Assembly: GCA_951406725.2 (NCBI GenBank)
Contig: OX597824.1
Span: 37,262,001 to 37,326,000 of the forward strand
Direction: 5' to 3'
From: Octopus vulgaris
Taxonomy: Eukaryota
Length of the DNA: 64,000 bases
Shown here: piece by piece, positions 12,640 to 24,964 of the stretch
Layout: each line of letters opens with the position of its first letter
How positions within the stretch are numbered: the first letter of the stretch is position 1
Position numbers and translations under genes: made by a program
The notes under the pieces: model-generated
Database searches by the model: none
What the model was told of the DNA's origin: nothing
What the model saw: only the letters and a program-made list of their open reading frames with translations

Positions 12640-12784
12640 TAAACATTGCCGGACAGCAAATAGAGACTCGGGTATTGCTTAGAAAATAATTTTCATTTTT
12701 AACCTTGTATATAGTACGCACTAGGGATTTTGACCATTAAATTTTGGGGGGAAAATGCGGATTATACTCGAGGATTTACTGTAC
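12640..12784 (+). mobile_element. Right end of a Tc1/mariner-pogo-type DNA transposon
   Basis: GCGGATTATACTCGAGGATTTACTG followed by TA. Confidence 0.5.
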
Positions 12785-13334
12785 TCAAAATTTCTGATTG
12801 AGTTAAAATAACACACGTGACTACTGAACTTGAACAGCCGTCTGTGTGAGATCACTATAGTATTCTAGTTTTTACATTAAAGTACACACAACCACTGTAG
12901 ACACCAGTGTTACTTTACCATGTGTTAAATGTTAATTTAACATACACAAACGGATGGTACATTTTTAAATATTTGCTATGGGATAAACAAAAATACCTAC
13001 AATGAGTAATCATGGAATGAAAGTTGTTGATTGAAAAATGATATCATACTGAGTGGAATGAGGTAAAAATATAATGCTGGAATTGTTCAACTACACCAAA
13101 TAAGAATGCAAATTCTCCAAGTCACACACACACGCACGGACACACACATGTATATGTAGATGCAGATCCGATGCTATTGTACAGCACATCTGCCAAATGT
13201 CTTTTGCCATTGCCTCCAATTGCCTAATGTCTTGTAACTAGAATTAGGTGGATAGTTTCTGGAGAAGCCTGTCTTGTGTAGGTACGAACACCCATACCTG
13301 CGTACGTACATGCATATAACTCCATCCACAAGGT

Positions 13335-13740
13335 AAGGCGGCGAACTGGCAGAAATGTTAGCACGTCGGGCGAAATGCGTAGCCGTATTTTGTCTGCCGT
13401 TACGCTCTGAGTTCAAATTCCGCCGAGGTCGACTTTGCCTTTCATCCTTTCGGGATCGATTAAATAAGTACCAGTTATGCACTGGGGTCGATACAATCGA
13501 CTTAATCTGTTTGTCCTCTCTGTGTTTAGCTCTTTGTGGTTAGTAAAGAAATAGGTATGTCGTCTGCCGCTACGTTCTGAGTTCAAATTCCGCCGAGGTC
13601 AACTTTACCTTTCATCCTTTTGGGGTCGATTAAATAAGTACCAGTTACGCACTGCGGTCGATATAATCAACTTAATCCGTTTGTTTGTCCTTGTTTGTCC
13701 TCTCTGTGTTTAGCCCCTTGTGGGTAGTAAAGAAATAGGT
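13335..13740 (+). mobile_element. SINE family A, full head plus duplicated body
   Basis: AAGGCGGCGAACTGGCAGAA head, then two copies of the GAGTTCAAATTCCGCCGAGGTC unit. Confidence 0.9.
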
Positions 13741-14049
13741 ATTAGTCAAGCGGAGGCAACTTCTAAACCAACCAGCCAAGATTGTACATGTGTCAAAAGG
13801 TAAAGAACCTTATAAGTCTGATTCAGTGAAGTTGAATAATTCCACCATCAGTTGATGTCATACTCATCATTCCTGTGAGTATGACATCATTTTTAAGTAA
13901 AGAAGATTCCGTCTGGGACTGCTCGTTTTCGATTCTTCTGTTTATCTTTTATCTTCTATTTCTTTCAGTCATTAGAATCCAGCCTTGAAGAATTCTTGGT
14001 CGAATGAACCAACCCCAATTATTGCAGATAATTTTAATAACAAAGTCTT

Positions 14050-14113
14050 ATATGGACCCCAAACCCGCCCACTCCATTCGAAGGGCCATATGGACCCCGG
14101 TTGAGAACCACTG
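14050..14113. mobile_element. hAT-Charlie-type terminus
   Basis: GGACCCC subterminal repeats and GTTGAGAACCACTG (reverse complement CAGTGGTTCTCAAC). Confidence 0.55.
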
Positions 14114-14364
14114 ATGTTTAAGCTGTTGATTTGATGGCCCTGGAAAAGATTTTAGGTAAAATCCTGTGGGATCATTGCCCCTAAAATTATCTTGTTTTAT
14201 ATATAACAGATTTATCTCTCAAGCGATTCGGACAGGTGTTACAACAATCCTTTGATGTGGTTCAAGCAGCGATGTTAGTGATATTATATTAGCTTTATCT
14301 TCATAGTTTTAGATGAAACGTCACATGATCCCATAGCAATCCATAACGATTATTTTTTTTTATA

Positions 14365-14555
14365 TCTTTGCTCTTTTACTTGTTTCAGTCTTTGGACTGC
14401 GGTCATGATGAGGCACCGCCTTCAAGAGTTTTTCTTTTTTTAGTCGTATGATTCAACCCCGGTACTGTTTTTTTTTATAAACCTGATACTTATACTATTG
14501 GTCCCTTTTTACCGGGCCGCTAAGTTACGGGGACATACACAAACCAACAATGGCA
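14365..14555 (-). mobile_element. SINE family B, 3' half
   Basis: CTCTTTTACTTGTTTCAGTC..GACTGCGG and GCTAAGTTACGGGGAC are the reverse complement of the tail at 41310-41460. Confidence 0.75.
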
Positions 14556-14557
14556 CA

Positions 14558-14589
14558 CATACACACACACACACACTAGACAGACAGAC

Positions 14590-14665
<76 letters not shown>

Positions 14666-14687
14666 TAGATGGATGGACGGACGGACG

Positions 14688-14761
<74 letters not shown>

Positions 14762-14793
14762 TAGATAGATAGCTAGATCAGACAGATAGATAG
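14558..14793. repeat. Compound (CA)/(GATA)/(GGAC)/(GACA)n microsatellite
   Basis: Direct reading. Confidence 0.97.
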
Positions 14794-15002
14794 AAAACAG
14801 TTATTTTATTCCATATGGGTAGAAATAAAGAAAAAAGTTTAAAATGCACTGAGATTCGTTTCGATTTTTTTTTTTTTAAAGACAGCACAGCTCTACATCT
14901 TTCTATCTCCACTTTTGAAAATCAAAGAAATCTATGAAATCAGTTAAGTCATTAAAAAAATTTAGATAAAATCTAAACGATCCCAGTGCATTCTCAGCTT
15001 CT

Positions 15003-15237
15003 TGGTACTATTTAAGAAGAGTGGTCCCGGTGCGTGCACTCGCGTATCCGCGCTAGTTAGTCGTGACTAGTCGATCCTACAACGACTACCTAGCAAAGTA
15101 AATAAAACACAAAATAAATATTTTTTTTTTTACACAAAGTAAATAATTTTTTAAACAAAGTAAATAAAACACAAAGTAAGGATCGACTGGCTAAGCGCGA
15201 GTGCGCGCACCGCGACCACATTTCTTAAATAGTACCC
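15003..15237. mobile_element. MITE with ~42-bp terminal inverted repeats
   Basis: GGTACTATTTAAGAAGAGTGGTCCCGGTGCGTGCACTCGCG pairs with CGCGAGTGCGCGCACCGCGACCACATTTCTTAAATAGTACC; possible 7-bp TSD agcttct/aacttct. Confidence 0.8.
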
Positions 15238-15249
15238 AACTTCTCTATA

Positions 15250-15821
15250 TGTATGTAACGGTATTGTATTTAGTTGCAGACAGTAACAGTTGTTAAGGTG
15301 TTGGTTGCCCAGTGTGCAAGGATGAAAAACAGTGATTGAAGTTGTAAAGAGATTTTTATTTACTGTTAACTTGTATATATCCAAAACCACGACGGGTTGG
15401 TATGTATAACAAATGAAAAGCATGCGAGGTAAAAAGAGTTGATTTCGGCCGGTATGTGCGTACACGATCTCATTATAGTATATAGAGAGAGATATGGTAA
15501 TGTTGCAGAGAAAAGAAAGTGAGTTAGTGAAAGTGAGGGAGTCGAAGAAAGTTGTCTCACATAGTCGCTAATTGTAACTTTCTCTCTTCCTCTGGCTGTT
15601 TGGCTTCTAGTGACTGTCTGCTTGCGGTCATGACTCTAGTTGTCCGTACACTAACTAATTCTGCCTTGCCAATTCTAGTTCTAGTATATATAACTCTCCA
15701 AAACTAATTGGAAATATAGACATATTGTTGAGAACAATAGATTTCGTTGGAGGTCTGTGATATCTCTATTCTAGCTATTGGTGGCCTAGAAGAGATTAGA
15801 AGGGTCAAGTGTGAAAGAACA

Positions 15822-15822
<1 letters not shown>
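15250..15822 (-). repeat. Unclassified ~570-bp dispersed repeat; diverged inverted copy at 23300-23900
   Basis: GGCCTAGAAGAGATTAGAAGGGTCAAGTG matches the reverse complement of CACTTGACCCTTCTAACCTCTTCTAGGCC; colinear throughout. Confidence 0.8.
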
Positions 15823-15824
<2 letters not shown>

Positions 15825-15873
<49 letters not shown>

Positions 15874-15882
15874 ATATATATG

Positions 15883-15913
<31 letters not shown>

Positions 15914-16080
15914 CATACACACATATATATACACACACATATATATACACATATATATACACAGATATATACATATATATACACACATATACATACATAT
16001 ATGTAAACATATACATATGCACACATATATACACACATAAATATACATATATATATATACACACACACACACACATATAT

Positions 16081-16140
<60 letters not shown>

Positions 16141-16193
16141 GCATTATTAAATCTCAGAATGAGATGTAAACAGTAAGATGGCTTCTATACTTT

Positions 16194-16229
<36 letters not shown>

Positions 16230-16290
16230 TAGATAGATAGATAGATAGATAATATATATATATAGATACATACATATACATATATATATA
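15825..16290. repeat. (TA)n/(CA)n/(GATA)n microsatellite cluster
   Basis: Direct reading. Confidence 0.97.
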
Positions 16291-16360
16291 TCTAATATAA
16301 TAAATGCAAAAACTAATTTCAGTGTGTCAGTGTATCACACTTTGACCCCCCTCTCTCACT
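16291..16360 (+). mobile_element. Probable Helitron 5' end
   Basis: A|TCTAATATAATAAATGC followed by GTGTGTCAGTG, a typical non-autonomous Helitron head; 3' end not identified. Confidence 0.4.
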
Positions 16361-16679
16361 ATTCAATGACACTTCCTCATTCATACTATTACTCTCATGG
16401 GATGAGAGTAATAGTAGGCATGGAGTCCATTGTGGATGTAGAAGACAGACAGACAGACAGGCAGAGAAAAAGAGAGATGAAGAAATTTAGGGTTGATGAT
16501 GTTTTATTAAAGGTAGTAGTGTTGATGGTTGCAATGGGAATAATAAGAGAGAGAGAGAGAGAGAGGGTATGTAGGAGAAAGAGGGAGTTGGTGTACAACT
16601 TTCCTGGACAGAAATTCTTGTGGTCAGCATCCTGAACCAAGTACTGTACACTATCATTTTTGTTTTATTTTATTTTCTT

Positions 16680-16713
<34 letters not shown>

Positions 16714-17211
16714 CACACACACACACGCACAAACACACACACGCACAAACACACACACACACAGACGCACACACACACACATACACATAGAATACACTTT
16801 AATTGAAATACAGTTTCCCCAAAATTAAATATATCTAAAATAATAAAAGTGAAAGTCAGTGTGTCACTTTTCCAACATTTCTCCTACAGGCCGTAGCCCA
16901 ACATGTCATTCTATTTTAGAATCAGGCTGACTCTGTGAGTAAATTAAAAACATTCCAGGGCGAATCCCGACATGCAATCCTGAAATTTTGGATTCCTGTG
17001 TTTTCCTTACAGCAATTATTTTTGGCAATTTTTTTTTTACATGATTTTTAGTGTTGAATATGATCTCATTGGGATATGCCTCTAGAGGAAGCAATTGCAA
17101 CAAATTCTCCAAAACAAGTCAGAGATCTGTTTGCAGATCTTCCTATTCAGAGTTAGTAGCTTAAAAGCTACATACTAGATTAAAAGCTGCCATATCGAGT
17201 GGCTTTTAAGC

Positions 17212-17213
<2 letters not shown>

Positions 17214-17310
<97 letters not shown>

Positions 17311-17365
17311 CATATACATACATAAATATATATACACATATATACATTATATATACATACATTTA

Positions 17366-17400
<35 letters not shown>
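17214..17400. repeat. (TA)n(GA)n microsatellite cluster
   Basis: Direct reading. Confidence 0.97.
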
Positions 17401-17404
<4 letters not shown>

Positions 17405-17440
17405 ATATAAAGTGAAACAATAACATCTCTATTGTAATGT

Positions 17441-17799
17441 GATATAATGCTTTCACTATTATATGGTTTCAATTTCAATTACTTTCACTATGTACATATA
17501 TATATATATATATATATAATACAATTGTTTGTATTCCACCTGCCTTCGTCTTTTGTCTATTTTCATAAAGCTTCCCCGTTATATATATATATATATTAGT
17601 TTCATTTCTAGCAGTTTCACTATGTATTTATATACATGTTTGAATAGGTGTGTGAGTGTATATCCATACATATTCAAACATGTATATAAATACATAGTGA
17701 AACTGCTAGAAATGAAACTAATATATATATATATATATATATATGTTCATAGTGAAAGTAATTGAAATTGAAACCATATAATAGTGAAAGCATTATATC
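17441..17799. repeat. Nested inverted repeats: outer 52-bp arms, inner 51-bp arms
   Basis: 17441-17492 is the reverse complement of 17748-17799; 17596-17646 is the reverse complement of 17671-17721. Confidence 0.95.
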
Positions 17800-18040
17800 T
17801 TACCACACAACCAAACCTGTCTACAATTTGGAATTGAAACGAAATTAAGCGTAAACACTAATTGTACAAATCTCAGCCTTAAGTACAGTGTTGTTGCTTC
17901 ATGTAGAAATCTAGGTGAGCAGGATCACAATCACCATTGTAATAACAAAGATGAACAATGGTTTAAATTTTTGGAGCCGTTTATTTTCTATTTGTATGTT
18001 ACATTGTGCAGGTGTACAGTGTGTATATACAAATGTATAT

Positions 18041-18620
18041 TTACTTACTTGTGACAGCGTTCACCCAGTGTGGGTTGAACCGGCTTCTTCTCTGGCCCTG
18101 ACGGCATCACGAACCATGGCGGCCCACACTCGATGGTCCCGTACAAGGTCACTGGAGATAGTGAGCCATTCGTGGTTCCATCTGCGCAGACCAACCACCT
18201 GTGGGCCTGAGAGTTCAGAGAGGTCTTCCTTTATCGTCGTTCCCCAGGTCTTCAGCTGCCCGCCCGTGCATTTGCGCCACTTGGGAAGTGGAGGTGAGAA
18301 GAAGACATCACGAATCAGCTCACCCTCTGGATGCCAGGCCGCATGACTGAACCACCTTAAGCACCGTTGTAGAAGCACCGAAGGGAGGGGCCGGAGATTC
18401 AGGCGATGACGAAGACCGGCTGTAGGAAACCAATCAATGTGTTAGCAGTGGAGACAATCATTGTCGAACACCCCCAGCCTTCGCTGATCGACTACCCTCA
18501 TAGGCCATGTTTCACAACCATAGAGGAGGATAGTATGAATGACGGCCTGGTAGATTCGCCCTTTGGTCACCTAGGAGATCTCTCTTCTGTCCCACAGGCA
18601 CCGCTGGAGGCACACGAATG
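18041..18620 (-). mobile_element. RTE LINE 3' fragment with (TAAG)n tail
   Basis: SILLYGCETWP and LRWFSHAA..GGQLKTW..IKEDL; tail TTACTTACTT at 18041. Confidence 0.88.
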
Positions 18621-18643
18621 TGGATCTGTATGGCAAGTGTTAG

Positions 18644-18941
18644 GTAGACTACAAAATAAGGAAAATACAAAAGTAAGACAAACCTAAATACAAAAATTAT
18701 TTGAACAGGGTTTTACTAATATTTGACTTCTTGATGTACATCTTTCTTCTAACAAAGTTTGATTACAAAATATATTCAACATGTTTATTATGACTGACAC
18801 ACATGGGCGAAAAGTACCAAATGAGGAAAAGATGCTGGATATACTGAAACACTTTCACCCATGGATATACAATTATCTACACATCATTATATGTCTCAGG
18901 TTAATGTAATGGAAACAACTAGATATATTTAAATTATCTTA
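18644..18941 (+). repeat. ~300-bp direct repeat, copy 1 (copy 2 at 21075-21353 plus 21920-21938)
   Basis: GTAGACTACAAAATAAG...AACAACTAGATATATTTAAATTA occurs on both sides of the hAT element. Confidence 0.92.
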
Positions 18942-18944
18942 CAT

Positions 18945-21072
18945 GTTAGTTTGAAATCATTATCTGTACAAATCTTATATCTGATAGTTCCTCTGCTGTT
19001 GACATCTAATTTATTTCTTTTTCTACTTAAAATATCTACAACACCTGAAAATGCAGATTCTACTATCCATGTGGTAGGGAAAGAAATGATGCTTGTTTCT
19101 ACATGTCAAAAAATATTTGGGTGTGATTCCTTTATCGATATGTAGGCAAAAACACCTTTTTCAACTCTTCTTCTCAGTTTCATATTCTCTTTCAAATTCA
19201 ACAACATTTCAGCCAACTAAAAATTTTCATCTCTTGGCTCATAATTTTGTAGGTCTACAAACCAGAGTGGATAATCCATCTTTTATAAATCATTGTATCT
19301 TCTCTCAAAGTCTACATGAAGACCTTCAAGATGGGCAATGCATTCTGATGTAGGAACAGTGGTGTTAAAATTTTGAAACGATGCCTATTTTTTTCTTTTT
19401 TTCAAACTGTTTTTTCCAAAATTTTAATTTCCCCATATACCCTTTTATCTTCTGAGAACAGGTGACCAAATCTGATTTTCTACCTTGCAGCTCCTGAGTT
19501 AAGCAGATTCACTGTTTTAAAAATATCACTCAAGTAGAATATTTTTGATTTAAACTCAGAAAGTCTTTCCAAAATTTTCTTAGTTGTATCAGCTTGCTTC
19601 TTGGATTTGTAATGAGTCATCTGACTCTTGAACATGAGAAAGCTGATTAATGGTTCCCACAAATTCACTAGTCTTTCAAGGCTTCAGGCCTTTTGGCAGC
19701 CATCTTACTTCTGTTAGAAGCAATAGAGTTTTAAAATCTTCATCTTCACAGAATTGCATAAAAAGTCTATTATTCACTGAGTTTGATTTGACAAAGTTAA
19801 TTGCATGTATGACAGTGTTGAATGCTTGTTCCATGTCTCCTCCAATATTCTTAGCAACTAAATGCTGTCTGTGGATAATGCAATGTATATAAAAAATGTG
19901 AGGAGCAACCGATTTCATTCTAGAAACAAAGTCTTTCACTTTTCCAGTCATGGCTGCAGCTCCATCTGATGTAATGTTTTTCAAATTAGTCAATGGAATA
20001 TTTTTATCATTAAAATACTGCATTACTTCATTGAATATATCTTCTCCATTAGTAGTTTCAGACAAACTTTTAATGAATAACATTTCTTCCCCTGTCTCAT
20101 CTTCATAGATGAATCTGACATACACCAGAAGGATAGCTTGGTTATGGATTGTGCTATCATCAACCTGGATAGAAAAATTTGTCTCTTGGAGAATTTCCAC
20201 AATCTTCTCCTCAACAAAATTAGACATTTCATCCTGTCTTCATGTAATTGTGTTATTTGAAAGTGAAATTGTACTCAGAGTAGATGCAGCATCTTTTCCC
20301 AGAACCTCATTTGCACAAGCTATCATAGCAGGCTTGACAAGTTTCTCACCATAAATCTGAGGTACTGTAACCCTGGCAATAATTTCAGAGACCAAATAAC
20401 TTGAGTGTCTTTGCCTTTTCAGTATTTATCTTCTTTACAAAGTCGGGTAGTTTGATTGGCTGTATTTTCTTTTTATTCTCAAAATATTCCCTACCTTTAT
20501 CAACAGATGATGGATGCCTTAATGTCTGGTGCTGTTCCAGCTTAACTTTCTTCATGGAATGATTTGTCATGATTGCATCACATTCAAGACATAGGTTTTG
20601 AGTCTACAGATAGAAAACCAAACATGATAAAATCTTCTTTGTAGTTCCTCAGTTTTGCCGTTTTAGCAGATGGTTCAGACATTATTACAACTGATCTTTA
20701 AAAAAATAAAAATAATAAATACTTTATTTCTATAAATTAAAAGTATCAAATTTATTATTAAACAATATTGTGTAGTGATCTATTAAAAATATCAAATTTA
20801 TTATGAAACTGTTGTGATTGTAAAATTTAAATTATGTAATTCTTGATTGTAATATATCATTGATTATATATTATACATTACTGATTCTTATGGAATAATT
20901 ATTGAATTTTGTTTTCTTATTATTATTCTGTCTTCAAATAAATTATTATTAACTAACAGTGTCTTTATTATCGAACAATATTGTGTAGATCTGAAATGGC
21001 TTCAATTTTTTTATGGCTATGAATTCTCTGGGGACCACTGGTGGGCTCTAGGGACCACATTGGGAATCACTG
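18945..21072 (-). mobile_element. Decayed hAT-Charlie (SCAND3/ZBED5-like) transposon
   Basis: FSIQVDDST, TSDGAAAMTG, HCIIHRQHL, TEVRWL, IFYLSDIF and FPTTW motifs; 5' TIR CAGTGATTCCCA at 21072-21061; opposite TIR not found. Confidence 0.92.
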
Positions 21073-21353
21073 CAGTAGACTACAAAATAAGAAAAATACA
21101 AAAATAAGGCAAACCTAAATATAAAAATTACTTGAACAGGGCTTTACTGATATTTGACATCCTAATATATAACTTTCTTGTAACAAAGCTTGATTACAAA
21201 AATTCAACATGTTTATTATGACTGTCACACACGGGCAAAAAGTACCGAATGAGGAAAAAATGTTGGATATACTGAAACTCTTTCACCCATGGATATACAA
21301 TTATCTATTTATCATTATATGTCTCAGGTTAATGTAAGGAAAACAACTAGATA

Positions 21354-21919
21354 CTGGGTTGTCCAGAAAGTTTGGGCCAATTTTTAAAGGAAAGAAAAAG
21401 GTCAATAAATACTTGCCATTACATTTTTAATCAACTAAATATGAACCATTTTGTTGCACAATTCATCTCCATCTTTCCTTTAACTAGAAAATACCCTCTT
21501 CCCAGAACTGAGGAGCTTTCATGGCAAAGAATTTATCAAGGTATCTTTTTATGTCATCTAAGGAATTAAAATTTTTACCATTAAGACTATTCTGCAGAGA
21601 CCTGAATAAGTGGAAATCCAGTGGAGCAATATCTGGTGAATATGGAGGGTGGGGTAACACATCCCAGTCGAGCTGCAGCAATTTTTGTCTGGTTCCCAAA
21701 GCATCAAGTGCCGAACATGAACTTTCTTATTTTCCATTTTAAAGAGTTACAGAATTAACACAGGTTATAGGAACATAAATCTTCTTCCACAAAAAGATAG
21801 CTTAAACTGTGTTCTAAATGGAGGTGTAATCAAATCCTATTTTATGGACTCAACCATGTTCTAAAATAAGTCGAAAGGTAAGCTACTATAAAATGGCACG
21901 AACTTTCCGGACAACCCAA
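21354..21919 (-). mobile_element. Internally deleted mariner with both TIRs and TA TSD
   Basis: LPHPPYSPDIAPLDFHLFRSLQNSL; TIRs CTGGGTTGTCCAGAAAGTT and AACTTTCCGGACAACCCAA; flanked by TA; empty site visible in the repeat copy near 18920. Confidence 0.95.
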
Positions 21920-22384
21920 TATATTTAAATTACCTTACAAAAATTTTGTCATTCTAGAAGCAACAGAAAATTAGTCACACTGGTAAAGTCATGTTCACAA
22001 TAACATGAAATGACCAAAGAAGGAAAACATTCAGGGATGACAGCAGGTTTTCTGAGAAATAGATAGACACAAAAGACCCCACCCATTTTTCTGAAAACAA
22101 AACAACCCCAATCCCAGACACAAACCGGAAGTGGCCCACTTTCAACAAGTTGTGAAAACTAATACTAAATAGTAATACAATAAGACTTATTGTTGGAAAT
22201 AACATACAGGATGTTGAGGATAATGCAAAGCCGGATTTAGACTTTAGAGGTTCGGGGAGGACTTGACCGGATCGCCAGACTTCTCCATGCAGAAATTAAG
22301 ATACTCTAAAAATCACCAAATTTGCATATCAAAGTCCGTTTATTATTGTATGTAACTGGTTTGTGATGGGTTATACATATAAAA

Positions 22385-22840
22385 ATTGGTTTCAAATCTT
22401 GGAACAAGTTTAGAAAGTTCAGTGGGAGAGAGTAAGTTGATTACGTTAACCCCCAGTTCTCAACTGGTACTTATGTTTTATCGACCCCAAATGATGAAAG
22501 GCAAAGTTGACCTCAACGGAATTTGAACTCAGAATGTAAAGTTAGTAGGATGAGATACTGCTAAGCATTTTGCTCAGCATGCTAACGATTCTGCCAACTC
22601 GCCACCTTTATACATACAATGCTTTCAAGTTTTGATACAAGGCCAGCATTTTTGGTGGGGGAGGGATAGGTTGATTAGATCGATCCCAGAGCTTGATTGG
22701 TATTTATTTCAGCGATCCTGAAAAGATGAAAGGCAAAGTTGGCCTCGGCGGAATTCGAAGACAGAACGTAAAGAAGGACGTAATGCCACTAAGTATTTTG
22801 TCCGGCATGCCGATAATTCTGCCAGCTCATCATCTTTACA
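22385..22840 (-). mobile_element. Two adjacent diverged SINE family A copies
   Basis: GATGAAAGGCAAAGTTGACCTC..GGAATTTGAACTCAGAA occurs twice. Confidence 0.85.
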
Positions 22841-23299
22841 TATACAAATATTAAATGTAAAAAACTGACTGGTTCTGCATAAACTCAAATATATAAATGT
22901 TAAATATGAATATACAGAATATATAAATGTTAAAAATATTAATGTTAAATGTTATACATACACATTAAATACCAAAAAAAAAAACAGTTATACACACAAA
23001 GGTTAAATGCACCGATAAATTCAAACAAAAGTTTATCCAAATCCTGTGAGTTTTACCCGCTTGTAACTAGATGTATCACACAATATCTTTAGTTTTTGAT
23101 GGCGGGGAGAGGGGTTTCTTTCTGCTTTTAGCATTGGAAAAAAACTGTAGTGGCTTCATGCAGGTATGGTGTGGATTTGATCCTCAATCAGCAAATTTCA
23201 CTTAACAGTTCACCAGCACTTTTCTCAATGTAAAACAATAGTTTTTCTGTGAGTGACAGTAGTTACATTTACCAGATGCCTTTGCTAAGCAGAATAATG

Positions 23300-23900
23300 T
23301 CTTTGCCACTTGACCCTTCTAACCTCTTCTAGGCCATGAGAAGTTAGAATAGAGATAACAGGTACCACCAACGAAATCTATTATTCTCAACAATATGTCT
23401 CTCTTTCTGACTAGTTTTGCATGGTTATAAAAACTAGTATTTAGGAAGGTAAAATCAGTTAGTGAAAGCAACAGTTAGTGAACCAAGACGACTAGAGTCA
23501 TGGCCACAAGCAGGTGGCTACTAAAGACAAACTGCCAGAGGGAGTAAGAAGGTTACAATCAGCAAACTATGAGACATAACGTTGTCTCTCGACTATAACT
23601 TTCACTAGCTCAATTTCTTTTCTCTTATGACATCTTGCTATCACTATCTATGGTTTACAACTACAATAAGAACGTGTACATACATACAGGCCAAAATTAA
23701 CTTTTCAGTTATATCATACCTGCCTGTTGAGGCATGACATTATACAAATATTTCTTTACAACTTCGATCACTGTTCTTCTTTCATCTTGCAAATCTGCAA
23801 CAACAACACTCATTACAATTGGTAACTGCCAACACCAACATATATAATAATACAAACCATTACACTGGCAACCAACACCTTAATGATAACCAGTACAATT
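23300..23900 (+). repeat. Second, inverted copy of the 15250-15822 repeat
   Basis: Shared blocks such as CAACGAAATCTATT.TTCTCAACAATATGTCT and ACTAGAGTCATG.CC.CAAGCAG. Confidence 0.8.
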
Positions 23901-23988
23901 GATGACCCTCGACTACAACGAATACCATTGCTGTTACAAATTTTTATTCACTTCCTCAAACCATTTCATATTTAGAACATGGCTTCCT

Positions 23989-23992
<4 letters not shown>

Positions 23993-24064
<72 letters not shown>
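23993..24064. repeat. (CT)n microsatellite
   Basis: Direct reading. Confidence 0.98.
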
Positions 24065-24069
<5 letters not shown>

Positions 24070-24249
24070 TCTCCTTTCTCTATCCAGTAGGTTCAGAGCA
24101 CTTAGTCTTTCATGGGTCACCATGTTCTCAGATAACTTTTTATTGGTGCCAAATATGTAGTCCGATCAATTGGTAACGAAACTAAAGCACACACAGTGAA
24201 GCCTCATGACACAGATTAACCTTGAACTCTGCTGTGCATGCCCAATAAG

Positions 24250-24905
24250 TCTTAACGTTCCAGCTCCCTTCCGCTGTTTATAGCAGTGCTTGGAAGGAAG
24301 GTGTGCAGCGTGTGGTCATTGCATTGAGGCCTACACAAAGTTTTAATCATTTTCGACACAATCAAGGACATCTTGTGCAACTGAAACCAGTGTGCTGTTT
24401 TGGTCAGCTGAAAGCAGTTTAGGCACAAACTTGGCAAACACGTCCCACATCCAAATCTTCTATGATAATGGATTGAACCAATCTGCATATCCTCTGATAA
24501 CTAACGGTTGGTGATTTGACGATGCTTTTCTCAGTTCTGCTGGTTGTAGGTCTCCCAGGACGTTCGTCAATATCTACATTTTTTCGGCCATTTTGGAAAC
24601 ATCTGAACCACTTGTACACTTGTGTGCAGCTCATACACTCATCTCCATACACTTTCTGCAACTTTGCGTCGGCCTCTGAGCATGTATCGCCATGACAGCT
24701 TTCTTTGTCATGGTCAATGCGACGATCATACACTACACACCTTCCTTCCAAGCACTGCTGTAAACAGCATAAGTGAGCTAGTACGTTAAAACTAAGTGCA
24801 CATACACAGCAGAGTTCAAGGTCGACCTTTGCCAAGCGGCCTCTCTCTGCATGCTTTAGCTTCGTTACTATGGCCACAGTCCGGATACTTATTGATCAGA
24901 CCTAG
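24250..24905 (-). mobile_element. Mariner 5' half (HTH region) with left TIR
   Basis: LQKVYGDECMSCTQVYKWFRCFQNGRKNVDIDERPGRPTTS; TIR TA|CTAGGTCTGATCAATAAGTATCCGGA. Confidence 0.9.
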
Positions 24906-24964
24906 TATATTCCATAACGAAGTATTTCTAGATATATTTGGAAGAGTTAATGTAGGTCTTAGTA

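Noticed and set aside
15704-16144. Overlapping YI/CV/HT-repeat ORFs, also at 3643, 4839, 5721, 7280, 17180, 56068, 57544 and 59801
   Set aside because: These are translations of microsatellites
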